In this document: positions 56,835 through 64,000 of the stretch, in pieces | How the letters are laid out: each line of letters opens with the position of its first letter | How positions within the stretch are numbered: the stretch's first letter is position 1 | DNA from: an uncultured Leptospirales bacterium | Lineage (GTDB): Bacteria; Spirochaetota; UBA4802; UBA5550 | Reading direction: 5' to 3' | Assembly: GCA_964534225.1 (NCBI GenBank) | Contig: CAZHNW010000003.1 | Coordinates: forward strand, 27,224 to 91,223 | DNA length: 64,000 bases | Position numbers and translations under genes: made by a program | The notes under the pieces: generated by a model | What the model was told of the DNA's origin: nothing | Databases searched by the model: none | Seen by the model: only the letters and a program-made list of their open reading frames with translations

Positions 56835-58229
56835 TTAATATAGTGAACGAATGTTTAGGAAGTTTTTCTTTCCTTTCTCCACGGTAAACTGCCGGGTGGT
56901 TTTGTCAAGGATTGTACCGTTGTGCCCTATAAATTCGAGGGTAACGTCATGTTTCCCCGGTTCGACAAAAGCCCGGGCCAGGTGCAGTTTGGCCGGCAGG
57001 GTATGCCAGCAGCGGAGGTCGGGTTTCATCTGTGAGAAGAGTGCCGCCCCTGTTCCTGCACCGGCAATAGTTCCGATGAGCCCGCTGAAAGCTCCTGCGC
57101 CGGCTTTTTTCGCAATCTCTTTGGCGGCAATGCTGGCGGCAAGAGAGGCTACTGCCTTGACGACAATGGAGCCGGCAACCTTTTTTCTCAGCCTGTTATA
57201 ATCGTCTTTCAGGTTCTGTACTGCCGTTGATGCGATGTCTTCCATCATGTCGGTGTTATAGACGCGATTGTTAATAAGCATCCTGACATTTTTTACCCTG
57301 TCCGATCTTTTCTGAAAGCGGGGAATGGGATTTTCCGCGGTTTTAAGTGCAATAAGGACGGCAGCTGCGGTAACCCCCTGTTTCATGCGTGTGCTATTGA
57401 TAGAGACGTGAATGGCAGCATTCATGCCCCTGTCAGAGAGGAGTTTACCACGTGATTTTTTTACCGCACCTTTTCCGGATTGAAAGATGAGAATGACTTC
57501 TCCCGCGTCAGGGCTGCCCAGATTTCTGCGGCCGAACTTTCGGCTCCATTTCCCATAATCATCCATGTATTTCAGGCGCCTGGCAACGCGCTGAAGATCT
57601 GCATAGACAAGGCTAAGGCCGGGAGCCAGTTTATGAATCTGTTCATATTCTTTGTAGGCATATTCAATGTCATCCATATCATTGTTTTCTTCACCAACGA
57701 TTTCATAGGCGACAGCGGTAAGATATTTTGCCATGAGATTCTGCTTGTAACGGGCTTTTCCCTCGTAGCGTATCCTGGAGAGTTCTTCGTTGACAAGTTT
57801 GAATTCGACCCTGGCTGAATCATATTTTTTTAATTTCAGGAAGTTTATCCCCAGGTACATATGAATGAGTACCTTTTCAAAGTCTTCTCCCTTGTAGTTG
57901 CTGCTGCCTTCATTTGTCAGCAGGGATTTGACCTGTTTTGATACACTGGTGGGAATGATTTTCGTGATTTTTGCCGCTTTCAGGAGCACCTTGTTGCTGT
58001 TATCGTAGTCTCCCCCCGCATGGAGCATGTAACCGCATTCCATTTGAAAGAGAAGCTGGTCTTTACTGCTTTTATTGACCTGGGGAAGAAGCATGCGTGC
58101 CGCATCCTTGAATTTCCCCTGGTAGAATTTTTTTTCCGGAGCTTTTATGGCTTCGAAGTAGTTTTTTCCCCCGCAGGATACAATAAATGCAAAGACGGTT
58201 ATTACCGCAATGGGGCGTAGTTTTTTCAT
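56835..58229 (-). CDS. COG3014-family TPR lipoprotein
   Basis: Lipobox IVSC; YKGEDFEKVLI, PDLRCWHTLP; adjacent to lpoB as is usual for this family. ATG 58229 with GGAGG. Confidence 0.8.
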   Translation of the reverse strand: MKKLRPIAVITVFAFIVSCGGKNYFEAIKAPEKKFYQGKFKDAARMLLPQVNKSSKDQLLFQMECGYMLHAGGDYDNSNKVLLKAAKITKIIPTSVSKQVKSLLTNEGSSNYKGEDFEKVLIHMYLGINFLKLKKYDSARVEFKLVNEELSRIRYEGKARYKQNLMAKYLTAVAYEIVGEENNDMDDIEYAYKEYEQIHKLAPGLSLVYADLQRVARRLKYMDDYGKWSRKFGRRNLGSPDAGEVILIFQSGKGAVKKSRGKLLSDRGMNAAIHVSINSTRMKQGVTAAAVLIALKTAENPIPRFQKRSDRVKNVRMLINNRVYNTDMMEDIASTAVQNLKDDYNRLRKKVAGSIVVKAVASLAASIAAKEIAKKAGAGAFSGLIGTIAGAGTGAALFSQMKPDLRCWHTLPAKLHLARAFVEPGKHDVTLEFIGHNGTILDKTTRQFTVEKGKKNFLNIRSLY

Positions 58230-58497
58230 GATATGCCTCCGCTTTAATGATTTGGGAATATTGTACGCAATCATTATTAAGGAGCCAGTTTAAACTATCT
58301 CCAGGGAGAATGAAAGAATAAATTGATAAAAATTAAAGGCCTGTTTTCTGTAATAAAGGTTTTTAATAATATTAATATGTCTGTTTAGACGTACTAATGT
58401 TATTATGCTTAATCAAATGAAGGATTTAAAACAGGTTTATCCTGTGTGGAAGATGCATTAAGGCATGTGCTGAAAAAATTTAAATTTTCAGGGCAAA

Positions 58498-58536
58498 AAA
58501 AAGACCGCTCAAAAAATATTTTGAAGCGGTCTTTTT
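58498..58536. terminator. long hairpin, probable terminator after lpoB
   Basis: AAAAAGACCGCT...AGCGGTCTTTTT 12-bp stem with an inner CAAAA/TTTTG extension. Confidence 0.6.
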
Positions 58537-58560
58537 ATGGCTGTTTTTACAGGGTCAAAA

Positions 58561-59133
58561 TTAGAAAGAAATACGATCTGTTTTTGTTGCTTTCAGGAAT
58601 TCTTTCTGGTTCTGCCAGAGAAGCATACCTGTTCGGAGACTCGTCAGTTTCAGAGTAACTACAAGGTACTGGACCCTTTTTCCTCCCACGTAGCGGACGT
58701 TATCGCTGATTTCACCGAAGAGATAAAAGTTCGGGGAAACAAGCCCTCCTGTAGGGATGGCACTTTCCGGGTCAATAAGCCCTGACATGCCCTTGGCCAT
58801 TTCCTTGATGGCATCCTTGGTATGTGTGGCATCGACGAACATGATGCGTTTCTGGATCAGGTTTGTGACCAGTTCATTGCTGAGCATTTTGGTGTCGATA
58901 TGTTCTGATGTCCTGTTGCGAATTTTTCTTACCTGGATAATGGCGGGTTTTTTCCAGTCATTTTTTAGATAGCTGTAGAGAGATCCTACCATCTTGACAA
59001 CGGTTGTCTTTACTTCACGGGGGCCCCATTCCATGGATCCCTTGTCCTTGCTGGCATCACGGTATTGAGTTCCTCCACCACAGCCAGTGGCGACTATTGT
59101 TACGGCAATAAGTAAGTATGCTGTTCTTTTCAT
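58561..59133 (-). CDS. lpoB: penicillin-binding protein activator LpoB-like lipoprotein
   Basis: Lipobox VATGC; IRNRTSEHIDT, NFYLFGEIS, LLWQ. Start trimmed to ATG 59133. Confidence 0.82.
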   Translation of the reverse strand: MKRTAYLLIAVTIVATGCGGGTQYRDASKDKGSMEWGPREVKTTVVKMVGSLYSYLKNDWKKPAIIQVRKIRNRTSEHIDTKMLSNELVTNLIQKRIMFVDATHTKDAIKEMAKGMSGLIDPESAIPTGGLVSPNFYLFGEISDNVRYVGGKRVQYLVVTLKLTSLRTGMLLWQNQKEFLKATKTDRISF

Positions 59134-59403
59134 GTGTAACCTCTTGTTATGATAAAATGACATTTTTGGGTTTTTTGTGCACCTCTGGGTGACCGTATGA
59201 ATAATGATAATTATCGTGTTCCGGTGCCAGATTACATTATTGATATCGAAAACAGCATGAAATGTCAATCATGTTTAAGTAGAAAATCGTGAAATTTTAT
59301 TACCATGGGCAGATCGAGTATCCGGTAACAGATTTTGGCCCCGGCTCAGAGCCCCCGGAAATATTTCAATTTTTTAGCTGTTGTGATTAAAATGAGAAGA
59401 TTT

Positions 59404-60438
59404 TTACCGGTTTTTTTTAAGGAATGCGCTAACGAGTTTTTTAACTTCCTGCGCAGCATCTTTGCTGTTATTGTTTTCAACTTTACCGATATACTCGAAG
59501 CGTTTAAGACTGTGGCGGTAGAGTGGATCATAGTATTTTTCAAGAAGGATTTCTGTAAAGCGGTGAAGGTCTCCTTCGCGGTAGATATTTTCAAGGGTGC
59601 ATATTGTTTCATTTCCGAGCCTGCGGTTAAGGCTCTGGACAAGGGGAAGTATGGTCTCCTCGGAACAGCCGGGGCCGTATTCTGTGACAATAATCTCCGC
59701 TCTGCGCCGCAGGGAGGCTGTGACGAGAACCGCCGGTGAGCGTCGCATGACAGAGAAAAGAGAGTCGGGTATATGAAGGTTGCCAATTTTCTGGGATTCA
59801 CCTTCGATGAGGATATATCGGGCATCTGACAGGCGGTCGAGGCGGTGAAGAAGTTGTGATTCAAAATATTTTTGTGTTTTCGGCGTCATGCCGATGGCTC
59901 CGAAAATGGAACTGCGATGTCCCGCCATTGCCTCGAGGTCAAGATTTTCGTTAACATGGGCGAGTATTTCGGTCTTGCCCGTGCCGGTAAGGCCCTGGAG
60001 AATTATGATCGGTTTTTCAATGGTAAGGTTTTCCAGCCTGTCGCGGACATGGCGGCGGTAACCCTTGTACCCCCTGTCGAGGCGGGCGACCTTCATGCCC
60101 AGTGAAGAGATGAGAGAGGTAACGGAACCTGATCGCATTCCGCCGCGGGCACAGTAAATGACCATGTTGCTGCCCTGGTGTTCCTGTATTTTCTCTACGA
60201 TGTGTGACAACTTCCCCCCAACAATCTCAGTGCCCCGGAGGACAGCGTTATCCCTGCCGGCGAGTCGGTAGAGGGTGCCTATCTCTTTTCTTTCTTCGTT
60301 TTCGAAAAGGGGAATGTTAACCGCACCGGGTACATGGTCCAGGGAGTATTCATAAGGGGACCGCACATCGATATAAACGGGATCTGCCAGTGCCAGTGAT
60401 TCTTCGTAGGATATAATATGATCCGGATTTTCTTTCAT
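59404..60438 (-). CDS. mnmH: tRNA 2-selenouridine synthase
   Basis: Rhodanese DVRSP.EY..HVPGA.N.P, YCARGGMRS; P-loop GLTGTGKT; HRSSIFG, EGESQKIG. Confidence 0.95.
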   Translation of the reverse strand: MKENPDHIISYEESLALADPVYIDVRSPYEYSLDHVPGAVNIPLFENEERKEIGTLYRLAGRDNAVLRGTEIVGGKLSHIVEKIQEHQGSNMVIYCARGGMRSGSVTSLISSLGMKVARLDRGYKGYRRHVRDRLENLTIEKPIIILQGLTGTGKTEILAHVNENLDLEAMAGHRSSIFGAIGMTPKTQKYFESQLLHRLDRLSDARYILIEGESQKIGNLHIPDSLFSVMRRSPAVLVTASLRRRAEIIVTEYGPGCSEETILPLVQSLNRRLGNETICTLENIYREGDLHRFTEILLEKYYDPLYRHSLKRFEYIGKVENNNSKDAAQEVKKLVSAFLKKNR

Positions 60439-60549
60439 GAAAATGTCATGCTATAGAGAGCCCCTGTCATGCAAGGAAAATTTTTTCGTAATAAGGAGAA
60501 AACAGGCAGGAGGCGAAAATGTTTTATCCCTTCACCGCGGGAAAAGTTG

Positions 60550-62076
60550 TCAGGCAATGACCCTGTTCCTTCCCTCGTTTTTTGCCTGGTAGAGTTTCCC
60601 GTCAGCCTTGTCGATAAGTTTTTCGATGGTTTCTGTTTTCTCGGTGATGACCGCAACGCCGCAGCTTACGGTGACGGTTCCAGGGCTGTGAAAGTAGTGT
60701 GCTGAGATTTTCTGCCTCAGGTTTTCCGCAACGAGATAGGCTTCATCTTCAGGGGTTTCAGGAAGGAGCACAAGAAATTCTTCACCACCGTATCTTCCGA
60801 TAGAGTCGGTCTTTCTTATATTTCTTTTCATGATCTCGGCGATGCCTGATAAAATAATGTCACCGGTCGTGTGTCCGTGGGTATCATTTATGTTTTTAAA
60901 GTGATCAACATCAAACATGAGAATGGAAAAGGGTTTACGGTAACGCATGTACCGGGCAAATTCATGGTCGAGCTTTTCAAACAGGACCCCCCGTGCATAC
61001 AACCCGGTAAGGGAATCAAAAGTGGCCATCCTTTCAATTTTTTTCTGTGATACCCTGTAGTAAAATGTAAAGGCAAGGAGGACGATGAGAAGCAGAATTA
61101 ATGCCCCCAGGACAAGGTAGAAGCTTTTTGTGTGGTCACGAAGTTTTTTGCTGTCGGCAATTACAAAAATCGAGGCTACATTTCTGCCGGCTAAATTTTG
61201 TATGGGGAGAAAGGTGATGAGCCCCGGTTGTTTATCAATATCAACTTCATGGCAAAAGGGTCTTCCGGTTTTTCTGTAAAGGTCAAGAGACGTTCTGAGT
61301 CTTGCGGCATCGGAGGCGCTGATTCGATTTTCAAGTATGCATTTTTCGGATATGGCTTTGTCGAGAACATAGGTGTCATCAATGAACCAGGGAATATAAT
61401 TGGAAAGTTCACTTTCGAAAACCTTTTGTCTTACCTGTTCCTTCAGTATTATAAACTGTGCCTCCTTGTTGAACTTTTCGCTGAGCTGTCGAATAACCGT
61501 TTTCATGGATACACTGACTTCCACTGATCCCACATGTTTATTATTACTGGCAAGGGGGTAGAGAAATCTGTATCCGTTAAATATTCGTCCTTCTTCGAAT
61601 CCTGATATATGTTTTTTTTCTCTGTTGGTATATTCCACGGAGAAGCGGATACCGGTCAGGTCATCGCCAAATTTTTTCGGGCGGTGAAACCTGAGAAAGC
61701 TACGGTTGTTTTTTTCGTGGAAGTGTAGCTGCCTGAAATTATATTTTAGCAGATTTTCGTAGAGGCCGGAGAGTTCACCATAGAGTAATTTCCTGTATCT
61801 GTTCTTTGTAACTTCATCACGGGCTTCTGTGCCACGGGCAAAAATATTTTTTATTCGGGGCCGATCTATAGCGAGACGGAAAATGAGATCAGCCATGTCG
61901 GAATAGACACTCATTGTAATTATGTATTCATTGTTCAGTTTATTGATATAATTGTTTTCTATTTCATGCCTGTTATTTTGAAAATACCAATAAAGAAGAA
62001 AGTTTGATGAAATTACCAGAAGTATTAAAAGAACCAGTATTATTAGACGTGCATCATGTTTTATCTTTTTTCGCAT
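60550..62076 (-). CDS. membrane diguanylate cyclase with periplasmic Cache-like sensor
   Basis: Two TM helices; SFLRFHRP..FGDDL sensor; DVDHFK.IND..GH..GD, RKTD I-site, GGEEF. Confidence 0.92.
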   Translation of the reverse strand: MRKKIKHDARLIILVLLILLVISSNFLLYWYFQNNRHEIENNYINKLNNEYIITMSVYSDMADLIFRLAIDRPRIKNIFARGTEARDEVTKNRYRKLLYGELSGLYENLLKYNFRQLHFHEKNNRSFLRFHRPKKFGDDLTGIRFSVEYTNREKKHISGFEEGRIFNGYRFLYPLASNNKHVGSVEVSVSMKTVIRQLSEKFNKEAQFIILKEQVRQKVFESELSNYIPWFIDDTYVLDKAISEKCILENRISASDAARLRTSLDLYRKTGRPFCHEVDIDKQPGLITFLPIQNLAGRNVASIFVIADSKKLRDHTKSFYLVLGALILLLIVLLAFTFYYRVSQKKIERMATFDSLTGLYARGVLFEKLDHEFARYMRYRKPFSILMFDVDHFKNINDTHGHTTGDIILSGIAEIMKRNIRKTDSIGRYGGEEFLVLLPETPEDEAYLVAENLRQKISAHYFHSPGTVTVSCGVAVITEKTETIEKLIDKADGKLYQAKNEGRNRVIA

Positions 62077-62265
62077 AACTCCCCGGCTGCCATTAGTTTT
62101 GCAATAGAAGTAATTGCAGTTTCCCTTTTCAGGGAGCTGGTAGAAAATTGATTATCTCCGGCATTGAATTTTAGTATAAAACTTTTTAAGGCTTATAGCA
62201 ATATTTTTTTGATCATTGTCTCATGTTTCATACAAGCCCTGATGGGTAAGACATGCCTTTAACTT

Positions 62266-62277
62266 CCCCCCCCCCCC
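62266..62277. repeat. poly-C12 homopolymer in a divergent promoter region
   Basis: 12 consecutive C. Confidence 0.8.
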
Positions 62278-62416
62278 TTTATACCTTTAGCCTGAACCGG
62301 CCGACGGTGGATGTTTTCTTCTTGATAGGCTGAGAGCTTTATCATAGCATTGAATGACTGCAATTTCTCCCTTCGGGAGGAGTAATTGCATAAATTGTTT
62401 CATGGCAGGAGGCTAA

Positions 62417-63055
62417 ATGCTGCTTTTTGTTAAAAGATTGTGTAAGGGGATTCTTGTTGCCTCAGAATTTTCTCCCGTTGCCCTTTTCTGGATGGCAAAG
62501 TCTTTTCTTTTCGACATGCCCCGCAGCTGGTGGGCCCGCCGAAAACTGCCCGGTCTGGCTGTTTCCATGGGATTAAGGCACGAGAAGTCACGATATATCA
62601 AAGAATTCGGTAAAATCAAGGGCAAGGTGAAAGGGCATTTTGTGAAAGTGGAGCCCTTTGCGTCAATGAATCCCACGGCACGGGTCTCTTTTCGTCAGAG
62701 GCATCGGGGTATGGAGATTTCATTGCGCAGGCCTGACCTGGTGCCGGAGAAGGGGGCCATTGAATTTACTTCCTCTCTCTGGTGGTTCAATCAAATATTC
62801 AGAACGCGGGTCATCCATCGGGATAAGATGGAAAATGTTTCCGGCAACACCCCCCTTCTTCAGGATATGGTATCTTTCTATGAAAGATGGATGTTCAGCC
62901 TCGATTCCCTGCTGGTTAGCGATGACGATATTTTCTGTCGTTTCAGGTACGGCTTTTACTTCTTCCCCCATATTCCCGCCTCGCGGTTCCAGGGCCTTGT
63001 TCAGGACATGGTTGACCTGGCGGAAAGAATCGATGTTGCTTTGGAAGGGCCCTGA
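62417..63055 (+). CDS. hypothetical protein
   Basis: 212-aa ORF with GGAGG RBS; no family recognised. Confidence 0.65.
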   Translation: MLLFVKRLCKGILVASEFSPVALFWMAKSFLFDMPRSWWARRKLPGLAVSMGLRHEKSRYIKEFGKIKGKVKGHFVKVEPFASMNPTARVSFRQRHRGMEISLRRPDLVPEKGAIEFTSSLWWFNQIFRTRVIHRDKMENVSGNTPLLQDMVSFYERWMFSLDSLLVSDDDIFCRFRYGFYFFPHIPASRFQGLVQDMVDLAERIDVALEGP

Positions 63056-63074
63056 AAAGGGAGATGCCACTTTT

Positions 63075-64000
63075 TTATTTTTCAGCAGCGGCGGGAATGT
63101 TCTCATGAATGTACCCTGTGTACCAGCCGTCTTCCCACGCCTTTTCGTATCCTTCGCCGGTAAGCCATGAGAGATAGCGGGTGTCGTCACGAAGGAAATA
63201 ATTAAGCCATGAGACTATCAGGGTTGAGCAGATTTCATGGTACTGGTCGTTGCCTTCATTTTGAACATCATTGTGTCCCATTGCTTCGATGGTGAGAAAC
63301 AGTTTTGAGTTTATAGCCGGCAGGGCATCATAAAACGCCATTCCCATTGAGGTGCTTACCAGTATATCTGCAGAACCGGTGATGATAAGTACAGGTACAG
63401 TGATGTTCTCTCCGGGTTTATTGCCTGTTTCATAAGGGGTGATACCGATGACTGCGGCAACCTGATCTCCCACCTCGTCTGCGGTATGAAGAGCGCCTCC
63501 TCCTCCCATGGAATGCCCCATGATGGCAATGCGGGAAGTGTCAAGGCGGTGATAGATGGGGCTTCCCTGACGTAAATTTTCCGTGGTAAGGGTCTCGATG
63601 GCTCCTTTGTGTCCCGTTACCCAGTCTGAGGGTGATGCAAAGAGATTGTTGTATGCAAGCGCCGTAAAGAGAATGACAATATAGCCGTGGGAGGCAAGGC
63701 GTTCTGCAAGCCATGTCATTTTTTCTTTGTCTGCTTCCCAGCCGTGGGTCAGAATCGTTGCGGGAAGGGGCGGTCCGTTGTCATATTCCGGGTAGTAAAG
63801 CCTGGCAGATTCATATTTTTCAGAATCGAGATTATCAGCTGATGTAAGGAAGTTGACAGTTCCCTGCCTGCCCGGATCTGCGGGAGTCTCAGAAATATTT
63901 GATGCAGTGTCATCATCTGAGTCTTCATAGGGGTCTGTTTCATCATCATCGCTGTTTTGGGGTGTGTCGGTATCTGACTGTTCTGTTTTGTTGTTTACTT
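63075..64000 (-). CDS. cutinase/PETase-like alpha/beta hydrolase (5' end outside window)
   Basis: The frame stays open to the window edge. THGW..MTWLAERLASHGY, RLDTSRIAIMGHSMGGGG, TPY, VPVLII...D, MGH, SWL.YFL..DTRY; acidic Asp/Ser/Thr linker upstream. Confidence 0.85.
   Translation of the reverse strand, partial: VNNKTEQSDTDTPQNSDDDETDPYEDSDDDTASNISETPADPGRQGTVNFLTSADNLDSEKYESARLYYPEYDNGPPLPATILTHGWEADKEKMTWLAERLASHGYIVILFTALAYNNLFASPSDWVTGHKGAIETLTTENLRQGSPIYHRLDTSRIAIMGHSMGGGGALHTADEVGDQVAAVIGITPYETGNKPGENITVPVLIITGSADILVSTSMGMAFYDALPAINSKLFLTIEAMGHNDVQNEGNDQYHEICSTLIVSWLNYFLRDDTRYLSWLTGEGYEKAWEDGWYTGYIHENIPAAAEK

Noticed and set aside
2376-62277. Recurrent GGGG(G)AAGTT / AACTTCCCC motif (e.g. 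2376, 4521, 12321, 24431, 32968, 62261)
   Set aside because: Short, occurs in both coding and non-coding sequence, and has no consistent flanks; explainable by composition and Gly/Lys codons.
1-64000. CRISPR array or tandem direct repeats
   Set aside because: No regularly spaced 25-45 nt repeats and no cas-like ORFs seen.

Overview
64 kb of bacterial chromosome, most likely an anaerobic spirochaete related to the Leptospira lineage. Evidence: tandem flaA2/flaA1 followed by a 900-aa spirochaete-type greA and tRNA-Leu(CAG), FecR/LipL45-like and GerMN proteins, and many lipoproteins. Most of the window is housekeeping, envelope and signalling genes (serC, dapF, rluB, amidase, gatC, pyrK, thpR, mnmH, lpoB, two RCK K+ channels, a diguanylate cyclase, a PP2C phosphatase). 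I found no CRISPR array, integrase or transposase. The strongest candidate for an undescribed system is a five-gene, fully overlap-coupled operon at 23254-26389: TmcC-type membrane cytochrome b, a short ferredoxin-only TmcB, a periplasmic tetraheme cytochrome c3, MetV and an acetogen-type MetF. This suggests a transmembrane, cytochrome-wired methylene-THF reductase, and it faces a second, conventional metF. Other notable items: a cutinase/PETase-like hydrolase at the right edge, a Bcd-EtfAB cluster with an unexplained Fe-S protein, several apparent pseudoenzymes (ADP-ribosylglycohydrolase, signal peptidase, PMM domain, histidine kinase ATPase domain), and candidate regulatory DNA/RNA elements. 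All family calls come from motif recognition by eye, not database searches, so novelty is unverified.
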